From: a virus
Direction: 5' to 3' (one strand)
IMG/VR virus record: IMGVR_UViG_2651869525_000001
Span: 1 to 37,583 of that record
Length of the DNA: 37,583 bases
The notes beneath the pieces were generated by a model. It was given only the letters and a program-made list of their open reading frames with translations, was not told the DNA's origin and did no database searches. Positions 17,937 through 27,583 of the stretch are shown piece after piece (the first letter of the stretch is position 1; each line of letters begins with the position of its first letter). Made by a program: the position numbers and the translations under genes.

Positions 17937-19814
17937 ATGTTAAAATCTATAAGAGCACAAAATATCACATTACAAGGAATAGGAGCAAATGCTGGAGATG
18001 TTTCTATTATCCTTAATCCTTTTTCATTTAAAGACGGTACTACTTTATCTATGTCAATGTTTGGAGATAAAGGTTTTTGTACTCTTGACCAAGGTGATAT
18101 AAATGAAGAAGAGATAAGTTTTACTGGAATATCAGTAGACTCTTCTTTAATGATAACTTTATCAGGTATACTTTCTTATTCTCCATATTATACTCCTTCA
18201 ACATTTCCAAGTGTATCAGGTTTAAAATATTCACATCAAGGAAATGTATCAGTTGTATTTTCTAATGGTCCAGCTGGAAATTTTGCATCTATAAATGAAA
18301 TAGATAATGATTTACTTTCTTCTAATAATGCGTGGACTGGTACAAATAGTTTTAATTCTCATTTACCTTCATCAACACAGACTCCAGTTAACTCAACTGA
18401 TTTAACTACAAAGCAATATGTAGATGATACAGCTATTGCTGGAGCTCCTAATGCTTCTACAACTGTAAAAGGTATTTCAAAACTTTCAGTAACTCCAGCT
18501 TCTTCAACTAATCCTATTGCTGTAGGAGATAATGATCCTAGAATGTTATCAACTGCTATTGCTAACTCTTTAAATAGAAGTTATACAACTGGTGAAGCTA
18601 TATCTATCGGAGACCCTATATATCTTGACCCAGTATCAGACCTTGTATATAAAGCTATATTTAATAGTACAGAGCCACAAACATATATATCTACTGGATT
18701 TTTAGGTTTTTCTACTGCTAATATAACAAGTGGTAATGTTATTACATCAGGACAAATTCAATCTAATGGAATTGTAACTGGATTATCAGGATTAACTGGA
18801 GGACAACAAACATATTTACCATATTATAATAATACTAATCTTACAGGTGGATTTTCAGTAACTTCTTATACTTCAGGTGTAGGAAATTTACCAGTTTATG
18901 TAGGTGGTATTTTAAATACTGGTGCGTCAGTAGGTAACCCTTTAACTTTATCAGGAATAACTAATCCTTTTGGATATTTAAACTCAACAGGTAATTTAGT
19001 AACTGGTACTCTTTCTATTTATAATGTATCTGCTGGATTACCAAGTGGCTCTCCTATATATACTTCTTCATCTCAATCAATGGCGACAACTATTTTCCCT
19101 ATAACTGGAATAACTACAACATCATCACAATTAGCATTTATATTTAATACTACTGCGGTATCAGGTACTCCAAATATTTATACAGGTGTATTAAGTAATT
19201 CAGGTTTCTCTGTAGGAGGAAATCTTGTAAGTATAATTAAAAGTAATGATGGTGTATCATGGTTAAATTCAGATACTCAAAATCTTTCTAATGGTACATT
19301 TAGATTATATTACAAAACTTATAATCCTATCTCAAATACTGGTTTTGGCTCTCCTATCGGAATATCTCAATCTTCATCAACAGTACTTTTATATGACAAA
19401 TCTTTTGGTTTAAGTTCAGGTACTCCATATATAGAAGCTTCAACAAATACATATCTTGACTCAGGAGTATTAAGTATTGACATGAATAATAGTACAGGTA
19501 ACTTCTTTAATTATTATTCTAAAAAGATATTAACATCAGGTACTTTAACAATAACTGTAACTGCTACAAATTCATCTACTTATCCTAATAGTAACTCAGG
19601 AGTAGTAATAGCAACTCAACATGCTTTAGGTACATGGAATACAGTGCAATCAAGTTTAGCAAGTGGCTCAACTGGAGATATAACAGCAACAAGTAATACT
19701 ATAACTGTAAACGCTGGAGATGTAGTAGCTGTAGGTATGGCTTCAGGTCAATCATATCTAAAGAATGTAAAATTTAATTTTAGTCCTAAAGTAAGTTCAA
19801 CATTTTTAATATAA
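17937..19814 (+). CDS. Tail fibre / tail spike protein
   Basis: TDLTTKQYVDDTAIAGAPNASTTVKGISKLSVTPASSTNPIAVGDNDPRM is a fibre-type motif, followed by a long Ser/Thr/Gly-rich C-terminus. Confidence 0.6.
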   Translation: MLKSIRAQNITLQGIGANAGDVSIILNPFSFKDGTTLSMSMFGDKGFCTLDQGDINEEEISFTGISVDSSLMITLSGILSYSPYYTPSTFPSVSGLKYSHQGNVSVVFSNGPAGNFASINEIDNDLLSSNNAWTGTNSFNSHLPSSTQTPVNSTDLTTKQYVDDTAIAGAPNASTTVKGISKLSVTPASSTNPIAVGDNDPRMLSTAIANSLNRSYTTGEAISIGDPIYLDPVSDLVYKAIFNSTEPQTYISTGFLGFSTANITSGNVITSGQIQSNGIVTGLSGLTGGQQTYLPYYNNTNLTGGFSVTSYTSGVGNLPVYVGGILNTGASVGNPLTLSGITNPFGYLNSTGNLVTGTLSIYNVSAGLPSGSPIYTSSSQSMATTIFPITGITTTSSQLAFIFNTTAVSGTPNIYTGVLSNSGFSVGGNLVSIIKSNDGVSWLNSDTQNLSNGTFRLYYKTYNPISNTGFGSPIGISQSSSTVLLYDKSFGLSSGTPYIEASTNTYLDSGVLSIDMNNSTGNFFNYYSKKILTSGTLTITVTATNSSTYPNSNSGVVIATQHALGTWNTVQSSLASGSTGDITATSNTITVNAGDVVAVGMASGQSYLKNVKFNFSPKVSSTFLI

Positions 19815-19820
19815 TAATTT

Positions 19821-21836
19821 ATGAATAACGAAAAAAAACTAGACTGGAGTGCTATAAACTATAACTGGGAACAAATTGAGCCTAAAAAAGCTAATATATC
19901 GGCTTATTTTCCTTTACAACAAGATAGTGAAGAATCACAAAAGATACTTAAGAAATTTTCTAAAGCATGGCTTGTAATGAGTAAGCCTAGACCAGAATTT
20001 GATGACCTTTCAGCTGTAGACGCTTATCAATACGACCTTTTAGTTTATAACAACTATCAAATGAATAATGGAATGCCTATCACTCCTAATCTTGACTGGA
20101 GAGATAACTCTACATCTCCTATCGCTAGAAATAGAAGTGAAGAATTGGTAGCAGACATCTTATCTAAGTTTCCAGACCCTAAAATAATTGCTAGAGATAG
20201 TAACAATAATCTAAATGAAGAAGGAGCTTTAATTATGGGCGACTTATTTGATATTGCTAAATATAAAAGTAAATGGAATTTCATAAAAAGAGATATGGTA
20301 TCTTCTCTTTCATATTCTCCAGCTTGTTATCTATATGTCGGTTACGAGCAAGTTATTAAAAAAGTAAAAACAAAAAATATACCAAAGAAAGACGGACAAA
20401 AAGGTGAAATAGAATGGGAGTATGATTTAAAAATAGATGAAGATAAATCAGGACAGAAAATTGTTAATGTGCCTTTTGACCAAATCTATATACCTAATGT
20501 ATTTGAAAAGAATATACAAAATCAATCATGTGTATTTTGGCGTAGAGTAATATCTTATGATGATTTTAGAAGTAAATATGCTAAATATGATAATGCTAAA
20601 TATGTAAAGCCAGGAGCAATGAATGTTTACATGCCTCAAAATAATTTCTTTTATGAAATAACAGATAGAGAATTGGGAGGAGATAAAGTAGAAGAATTAC
20701 TTTATTGGAATAAAGGAGAAGATTGTTTTCATATTATCTGTAACGGAATAAAACTAACTAAATTTGGAAATCCAAATCCTAGAATAGATAAAAACTATCC
20801 TTTTGCAAAGATAAGACCAGGCTTTATTAGAGATGACTTTTCTTGGGGAAAAAGTTATATCAGAATAGAATTACCAGATGACAGAATTTATAATAGAGCT
20901 AGACAAATGGTAACAGACGGACATGCTCTTGAAATAATGAGACCTTTACAATATACAGGAACTGAAACTGTAGACCCTAATGCTGTAAGACCAGGTAGTA
21001 TGGCTACATCATTAACTGGAGAATTTAAGCCTTTACTACCACCAAATAACTTAAGAGCAGGCGTACAATGGCTACAAGTTATTCAAAATCAAATAGAAAA
21101 AGACTTAGCAGGAGCAAATCCAAAAGGAGCGTCTGATACAGCTTATGGGGACGCTATGGAAGAGCAAAAAGCTAATAAGCTACTCTTAGCTTATCTATTA
21201 TCTTGTGCTGATTTAATGATGCAAGTATCAGAGCTTGTATTATCTGATATTTGTCAGTTTATGACACTTTTAGATGTTAAAAACTCTACAACAGCTGATA
21301 GAAGTTATCTTGTAACAGACGCTAAAACAGAAGACGGTATTAAAAATCGTAAAATAGTTTTAGACGCAACACTTGATACAGAGTTTACTAAAGACCAAGC
21401 TCTTAAACATGCTATTGATATAATGGAAGAAGAAGGAAAAGATGATGTAGAAATCTACAAGCTTAACCCTAAAATACTTCGTAGTTTAAAATATGACTTT
21501 ATTATAGAGCTTAATGCTTTTGTACCTATGAGTGAAGAAATTAGAGCTCAAATGGACCAAAATACATTTAATCAAGCAATAGGAATGAATAAGATAATGC
21601 CTATGAATAATAAAGAGTTATTAAAAGATTTAATATTCTCTCACAATGATAAGACTAAGAGAAATCCAGATAAATACTTTAAAGAAGAAGAGCCAACTCC
21701 AAGTCAACCTAATCCTATGCCTAATCCACAAGACCAATCAAACCCAATGGCTAATACTGGTGCTAATTCAAATACTCCAAGTCCTGTAAACAGTCCTATT
21801 AATAATTCTGGGCGTCCTTTAACAAGACAAAGATAA
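19821..21836 (+). CDS. Portal protein (T7 gp8-type head-tail connector)
   Basis: YPFAKIRPGFIRDDFSWGKSYIRIELPD resembles the T7 gp8 segment PYIPIRMVRLDGESYGRSYIEEYLGD (recalled). 671 aa with a Pro/Asn-rich C-terminal tail. Confidence 0.6.
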   Translation: MNNEKKLDWSAINYNWEQIEPKKANISAYFPLQQDSEESQKILKKFSKAWLVMSKPRPEFDDLSAVDAYQYDLLVYNNYQMNNGMPITPNLDWRDNSTSPIARNRSEELVADILSKFPDPKIIARDSNNNLNEEGALIMGDLFDIAKYKSKWNFIKRDMVSSLSYSPACYLYVGYEQVIKKVKTKNIPKKDGQKGEIEWEYDLKIDEDKSGQKIVNVPFDQIYIPNVFEKNIQNQSCVFWRRVISYDDFRSKYAKYDNAKYVKPGAMNVYMPQNNFFYEITDRELGGDKVEELLYWNKGEDCFHIICNGIKLTKFGNPNPRIDKNYPFAKIRPGFIRDDFSWGKSYIRIELPDDRIYNRARQMVTDGHALEIMRPLQYTGTETVDPNAVRPGSMATSLTGEFKPLLPPNNLRAGVQWLQVIQNQIEKDLAGANPKGASDTAYGDAMEEQKANKLLLAYLLSCADLMMQVSELVLSDICQFMTLLDVKNSTTADRSYLVTDAKTEDGIKNRKIVLDATLDTEFTKDQALKHAIDIMEEEGKDDVEIYKLNPKILRSLKYDFIIELNAFVPMSEEIRAQMDQNTFNQAIGMNKIMPMNNKELLKDLIFSHNDKTKRNPDKYFKEEEPTPSQPNPMPNPQDQSNPMANTGANSNTPSPVNSPINNSGRPLTRQR

Positions 21837-21960
21837 AATAAATATATGAAAAATAAAATATCACATAAAACATCAATTTTAACATCAAAACCAGCCTATA
21901 AACTTTTAAAGGAAGTGAAAGAAACTATAAAAAGGAATCATGATATAGACTTATAAATAT

Positions 21961-24072
21961 ATGGTAGATATAATAAAAAAAGATATTAATAATCAAATAA
22001 AAACTCCAATTACTAGTAACTGGTTTGGATTTAATAATGTAAACCCTTCTACAGTAAAAAATAATCTTACTACTCCAATCATTACACCTAATAATTCATT
22101 TCAAAAAAATGCTACAAATACAGGTATTGCTAATAATCTAACTTTTAATGATAGTAACATTGATAAAAATAAAGCTTTAAATGTTAATACTGATGCAAAT
22201 ACTAATTCAAATCCTAATACTGGTACTTCTTCTCCTTATACTTCTTCATCATCTGATGAAGCTACAAAAAATAATAATCCAGGTAATCTTAAAGATCCAG
22301 TAACTGGTAAATTTAGACAGTTTTCTACTCCACAAGAAGGTGTAAACGCTCAAATACATCAATTAGATTTATATAAAACAGGACAATCAAAGACTGGTAT
22401 TAATGGAAACTCTACTCTAGCTCAAATGATAGGTGTATATGCTCCTTCAAGTGATGGAAATAATCCAAATGCTTATGCTGAAAATGTAGCTAAACAATTA
22501 GGTATTAATATTAATACTCCTTTATCACAAATTGATACAACACAATTAGCTAAAGCTATGACATCAATAGAAAGTCCAGCAATGTATAAAACACTTTACG
22601 GACAATCTGATAGTACAGGTGCTAATACTGGTACTAATATGGGAAATACTGATACTGGTGTTACTACTGGTGCTACTCAAACATCAACAGAGCCAGCAGG
22701 TACAACTATAAAAAATACTGACGGAAGTATAGGAGTAGTACAAAATGACGGTACAGTTATAAATTATGCTTCTGATTCACCACAAGCTCAACTTAATAAC
22801 TTAGATACTTATCATCAACAAATAACTCAACAAATAGCTGATATACAAAGTGGTAATTTTAAACTTGACCCTATATCTCAAGACCAAATAAATACTTTAC
22901 AGACTACTTTAGGTACTACTTTAAATAGTATTAATCAATCAATCTATTCATCAAAAAATGCAACAGAAGAATTAGCAGCAAGAACTGGTGCTGCTATGAC
23001 TGGACCAGCTGAAATGATAGGCACACTTCAAAACATAACTCAAAATGGTATCAATGAAATAAACACTTTAAATAATACTATTAATAGTAAAATCACAGCT
23101 ATTAAATACGCAGCTCAACAAGGACAAATATCTACTTTACAGGAAAACTTCAAAGATTATCAAGACGCAGTGTTAAAAAGAATTGATACAGTGGAAAAAC
23201 TCAATAATGATGTGTTTGACCATCAACAGAAGATACAAGACTATAATATAAAAAAAGAAACTTTACAGCAAAAAATTGCAGATGATAAAATAAAAAATTC
23301 TATAGCTTATTCAAGATTAGCTATAGCACAACAACAAGCAGCTAGTGGTATTGATGCAACACAATTAACACCAGACGCAGTTAATTTATTAGCTACAAAT
23401 TATGCTATAACTGGTAATTTACCTAGTTTTGGTATGGGTAAACAAGGAGCAACTTTAAAAACTGCTATTTTAAATAAAGCTGCTACTTTAGGTAACTCAC
23501 AAGATATAATTAATGCACAACAAACATTTAAAACAAATTCACAAGCGTTAACAAAACTAACTACTTCATCAACAAAATTAGATAGTATAAATACTACAAT
23601 AAAAAATACTTTACCAACTTTAGCTACTTTAGCTGATAAAGTAAATATGCCTCTTTTACCAAACTTTGCAGAAAAAGCTTACATAGAAGCACAAGCATCT
23701 GCTGGTAATTCAGATGCAAGTAATTATTTATTAGCACTCAATACTATTCAAGCTCAACTATCAGGAGCAGATGCTGCTGAAGTAGGAAGCACAACAGGAG
23801 GACAAATGTATATCCAAAGAGCACAAGATGCTTTATCTGGTGGAATGACTGGAGAACAATATAGAGATTTAGTAAAAACTTTTGATGATATAGCTTCTCA
23901 ATCACATAAATCAATGCAAGATGAGATTACTAAAATTAAATCTCAACAAGGAGCATTTATGTACTCTACAGACGGGACTCCTAATACAGACCCGTTAGGA
24001 ATTGGTAATGATACTTATGTAGATAATAATTCTACTACAGATACTAGTGACCCGTTAGGAATAATGAACTAA
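21961..24072 (+). CDS. Internal virion / ejection-like protein with an NNPGNLK domain
   Basis: NNPGNLKDPVTGKFRQFSTPQEGVNAQIHQLDLY...IGVYAPSSDGNNPNAYAENVAKQLGI resembles a conserved phage virion-protein domain (recalled), followed by a long Gln/Thr-rich helical region. Confidence 0.45.
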   Translation: MVDIIKKDINNQIKTPITSNWFGFNNVNPSTVKNNLTTPIITPNNSFQKNATNTGIANNLTFNDSNIDKNKALNVNTDANTNSNPNTGTSSPYTSSSSDEATKNNNPGNLKDPVTGKFRQFSTPQEGVNAQIHQLDLYKTGQSKTGINGNSTLAQMIGVYAPSSDGNNPNAYAENVAKQLGININTPLSQIDTTQLAKAMTSIESPAMYKTLYGQSDSTGANTGTNMGNTDTGVTTGATQTSTEPAGTTIKNTDGSIGVVQNDGTVINYASDSPQAQLNNLDTYHQQITQQIADIQSGNFKLDPISQDQINTLQTTLGTTLNSINQSIYSSKNATEELAARTGAAMTGPAEMIGTLQNITQNGINEINTLNNTINSKITAIKYAAQQGQISTLQENFKDYQDAVLKRIDTVEKLNNDVFDHQQKIQDYNIKKETLQQKIADDKIKNSIAYSRLAIAQQQAASGIDATQLTPDAVNLLATNYAITGNLPSFGMGKQGATLKTAILNKAATLGNSQDIINAQQTFKTNSQALTKLTTSSTKLDSINTTIKNTLPTLATLADKVNMPLLPNFAEKAYIEAQASAGNSDASNYLLALNTIQAQLSGADAAEVGSTTGGQMYIQRAQDALSGGMTGEQYRDLVKTFDDIASQSHKSMQDEITKIKSQQGAFMYSTDGTPNTDPLGIGNDTYVDNNSTTDTSDPLGIMN

Positions 24073-24090
24073 AAATAAATAATTAAATAT

Positions 24091-25920
24091 ATGAACTTAA
24101 CACCACAAACAAATCCAATAACATCAGGAAATCCACAAACAGGAGTTTCTTCTAATCCTTCAGTTGCTAATTCATCAACACAAACTCAAAATGTATCAAA
24201 TCAAGCTCCTTTATCTGTAGATGATTTTGCTAATAAAATAAAACAAAAGTTTCCTCAATATATAAAAATGGATAATAAGACATTAACTGATAAAATGATT
24301 GCAAAATATCCAGCTTATAAAAATCAAGTTAATTTAAACCCTCAAAACAATTCAGTCGATAACACTCAAAATACACCAGATAAAAGTGCTTTAGGAGAAA
24401 TATTTGATTTTGGTAAAAATGTAGTAGGAGATATTGTAAAAGGAGTAGAGAGTCCAGGAAAGACAGCAGAAGCTTTTTCTTCTGCACTTGGTAACTATCT
24501 TAGTAATCATTCTAAGTACAGTGAAGCTGGTATGTCTTTTCATGATGTATATCAGAATTTTATAGAGCAAGCTAATAAAGAAAATACTTTATCAGGCACT
24601 ATCTCACCAGAAAATAAAGCAGAAGCAAGAGATATAACTACAGCTAAAGGTATAGAACAGACAGCTGGAGATATTGGCTCATCATTATTAAATATAGCTA
24701 CAGGTGGAGAAGGTGGAGCTTTAGGAAAAACTGCTCTTAAAGAGGGAGGAGAAGTACTTGTAAAAGACTTAGCAAAAACAGGATTTAAAAAAGCTATTGG
24801 AACTGGAGTAAAATATGGTGCTGGATATGGTGCATCTAGTGAAGCACAAAAAGGAGCTGGACTAGGTGATTTATTACTAGGAACTGGAGAAGGAGCTATA
24901 ATGGGTGGAGTATTAGGTGGAGTTGGAGAATTTGCATCTAAACAAATATCTTCTAGATTAAATAAAGAGGCTCAAGATTTAGCTTCTAATGTTGAGGGTA
25001 AATCTGTCAAAAAGACTGCTCCTATAAGCACAGCTATAATGGATAGAGTAGCGAGAGTGAACCCAACTGATGCTATTGAATTTAAAAAGATGACTGGAGA
25101 ATCTATAGGAGAATATCTAACAAAAACTGGTAATTTTAATGCTCCTGATAAAATAGTAACTAATGAAGCTGAGAAATTTACAAAAGCATTAAATATGAAA
25201 GATGAAGCTATAGCAAATCTTCCAGGCACATATAAAAATGGAGCAGTAGATGACGCATTAACTGGACTTATAGACAAAGCAAAATCAACATCTGGACAAA
25301 ATGTTAAATCTCCATATTTAGATAAGGTCTTATCATTAGAGAAGAAAGCTAAAACAGATGGTTTGTCAATGAAAGAAATAAGTGATGTTATAAGACTACA
25401 CGAAAGAGAAATTAAGCTTGGATACAGTAAAATGTTAAATACAGAAAAGGTAGATTTGGCAACTAATATAGATAAAGAATTAAGAGAATTTCAAGATAAA
25501 ACAGCTAAACAGTTAGGATTAGAAAATCTACCAGAATTAAATAAACAAATCCAAACTTCTAAATTATTAGTTGATAGTCTTGGTAAAAAACTAGTTACAA
25601 ATGAGCTATTAAATGGTATTAGTTTAACTGACTGGATAATGTTGTCTGGTGGAGAGCCTACATCAGTAGCAGGATTACTTACTAAGAAACTGTTTGCAAA
25701 TAAAACAGTGCAAGTAAGAATAGCTAGAGCAGCTAGAGCTTTGAGTAATGCAAAGACTGTGCCTGAATTAAAGGCTATTATAGGAGAAACCAAATTCCCT
25801 AGATTAGAAGCAGGAAAAACAACTATTCCAACACAAGATTTACCTATATATCTTACTGGAAAAGGTAAAACTCAATCTCAAGCAGATGAGAATTTACAAA
25901 AACTTATAAAAAATAAATAA
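24091..25920 (+). CDS. Internal virion / ejection-like protein (609 aa)
   Basis: Gly-rich, amphipathic and hydrophobic central segments (GGEGGALGKT...GAIMGGVLGGVGEF). Positioned after the portal and the previous large protein. Confidence 0.4.
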   Translation: MNLTPQTNPITSGNPQTGVSSNPSVANSSTQTQNVSNQAPLSVDDFANKIKQKFPQYIKMDNKTLTDKMIAKYPAYKNQVNLNPQNNSVDNTQNTPDKSALGEIFDFGKNVVGDIVKGVESPGKTAEAFSSALGNYLSNHSKYSEAGMSFHDVYQNFIEQANKENTLSGTISPENKAEARDITTAKGIEQTAGDIGSSLLNIATGGEGGALGKTALKEGGEVLVKDLAKTGFKKAIGTGVKYGAGYGASSEAQKGAGLGDLLLGTGEGAIMGGVLGGVGEFASKQISSRLNKEAQDLASNVEGKSVKKTAPISTAIMDRVARVNPTDAIEFKKMTGESIGEYLTKTGNFNAPDKIVTNEAEKFTKALNMKDEAIANLPGTYKNGAVDDALTGLIDKAKSTSGQNVKSPYLDKVLSLEKKAKTDGLSMKEISDVIRLHEREIKLGYSKMLNTEKVDLATNIDKELREFQDKTAKQLGLENLPELNKQIQTSKLLVDSLGKKLVTNELLNGISLTDWIMLSGGEPTSVAGLLTKKLFANKTVQVRIARAARALSNAKTVPELKAIIGETKFPRLEAGKTTIPTQDLPIYLTGKGKTQSQADENLQKLIKNK

Positions 25921-26039
25921 ATTATTCGTACCAAGATAACCAAGCAATAATTCCTAAAAACATTATTATAAATAGCATATAAACAAATAATATCACCACA
26001 AAATTAAAAGTCAAATAGTTATCCCAATAAATAAAATTT

Positions 26040-27548
26040 ATGACAAACACAATACAATCAAATAAAACAGAAAAAAAGAAAATAGTCTTATTCACTTTTG
26101 GAGGAGAAGGACTATCTATATGTGAAAAGTTAGCCAATGAAGGACACGAAGTCTATATAGGAATGGTAGATAATAATAAAGATATTCTTTTACCAGAAGA
26201 GAAATGGAAAAAAGAAGATGAAAACGACAAAGAAAAAAGATTCAAAAACTTTGACGGTATTGTAAAAAAAGAAGACGCTGTGGTGCTTTATAAATGGCTT
26301 ATAAAACAAAATCCAGAAGACTTTTTTGTATGGAGTGATTTAAATCAATGTTTTAAATATACAGAAAGACTATACAAGAAAGGTTTTACTGGACTTTTAG
26401 CGACTGAAGAAGATAGAAAAATGGAAGTCGATAGAGACTTAGCTAAGAAATTTGTAGAAGAAAACTATCCTAGTCTAAAAGTGGGTGATCATCATGAATT
26501 TACAGATATAGAAGAAGCTATAACATTCTTAGAAGAAGATGAAGAGAATTGCTGGGTATTAAAACCAAAAGGAGGAGAAGCTAAAGTTATAGCTAGAGAA
26601 GATGATGTTGAGATGAACCATAATGAAATCATTGAAGCTCTTAAAACTTATAAAAATGATTACGAAAGTAGTGGATTTATCCTTGAAAAGAAGATAATGA
26701 ATGTTTGTGAAATAACTCCGGAAATAGTCTTTTGGAATGGAGAGCCTTTATTTACTACAGTAGATATAGAAACTAAATATACTTATGGAGGAAATAGAGG
26801 AAGTCAATGTGGTTGCTCTTCTAATCTTATTGTAGAAACTAATATAAATGATAAAATCAATCAATTAGCATTTCCACCTATTATATGGGAAAAAGCAAAG
26901 GAAATTAGGGGTCTATCTATTTTTGACGCTTCACTTTATTTAGATGAAGACGGTGAACTTTATTTTGGAGAATATTGTGCTATGCGTGAAGGCTGGACTT
27001 CTTTATGGACTAAAATTTCAATGTCAGAAGGAGCTTCTAACTATTTTACTAAGATAATGAATGGAGAAAATCCTTTAAAAAATAAATATGGTGTAGCTGT
27101 TGCTTTATTTAATGATGAGGAAAAGGTAGATGAGTATATACAATATAAACCTTTTATTGAAGATGAAGTATGGCTTTATGACTGTTATAAAAAAGATGAT
27201 AAATTGTATACTACTGGAACTGGTAGAGATTTAGGAGCTATCACAGCAAGTAGTGATGACTTATTAGACTCTATTGAAGCTTTATATGAGAATGTAAATG
27301 ACTTTTCACAAAAGTTTACTTGTCGTACTAAAGAAGATTTCCTAGCTGATAGTTATTATTCTGCTCTTATATACAGATTAAATAAAGGTATAGAGCATAA
27401 ACTATTTAAAGGTGATTATATTTCAAATTATCAATTAGAAGAAAGTGAAAGAAATATAATGCAAGATGAAATGGGAGATGATGAAGATATGGAGAATGAT
27501 GTTGAACACCCTATATCAGAAGAAATGTCTATTGATAATATGATATAA
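26040..27548 (+). CDS. PurD-like ATP-grasp ligase
   Basis: KKIVLFTFGGEGLSICEKLANEG resembles the PurD N-terminal GSGGREHALAWKLA. Also present are CWVLKPKGGEAKVIA, GFILEKKIMNVCEITPE, and GELYFGEYCAMREGW (compare EFNCRFGDPE). Acidic C-terminal tail. Confidence 0.6.
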   Translation: MTNTIQSNKTEKKKIVLFTFGGEGLSICEKLANEGHEVYIGMVDNNKDILLPEEKWKKEDENDKEKRFKNFDGIVKKEDAVVLYKWLIKQNPEDFFVWSDLNQCFKYTERLYKKGFTGLLATEEDRKMEVDRDLAKKFVEENYPSLKVGDHHEFTDIEEAITFLEEDEENCWVLKPKGGEAKVIAREDDVEMNHNEIIEALKTYKNDYESSGFILEKKIMNVCEITPEIVFWNGEPLFTTVDIETKYTYGGNRGSQCGCSSNLIVETNINDKINQLAFPPIIWEKAKEIRGLSIFDASLYLDEDGELYFGEYCAMREGWTSLWTKISMSEGASNYFTKIMNGENPLKNKYGVAVALFNDEEKVDEYIQYKPFIEDEVWLYDCYKKDDKLYTTGTGRDLGAITASSDDLLDSIEALYENVNDFSQKFTCRTKEDFLADSYYSALIYRLNKGIEHKLFKGDYISNYQLEESERNIMQDEMGDDEDMENDVEHPISEEMSIDNMI

Positions 27549-27583
27549 TATAAGAATTAATAAAAAATAAACACAATAAAATT

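Noticed and set aside
11024-19814. Diversity-generating retroelement or invertible shufflon acting on the tail fibre genes.
   Set aside because: There is no reverse transcriptase, recombinase or invertase ORF anywhere in the genome. I saw no template/variable repeat pair or flanking inverted repeats.
21846-21908. ATG-initiated reading frame in the 124-nt gap between the portal and the next gene.
   Set aside because: Careful translation gives only 20 codons (MKNKISHKTSILTSKPAYNF, then stop). My first, longer reading was a transcription slip.
25922-26137. Minus-strand 71-aa ORF with hydrophobic segments between the 609-aa gene and the ATP-grasp gene.
   Set aside because: It overlaps the ATP-grasp start by about 100 nt and runs opposite to the whole operon. 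Its Phe/Ile/Leu richness is what antisense A-rich DNA produces. A small membrane protein cannot be fully excluded.
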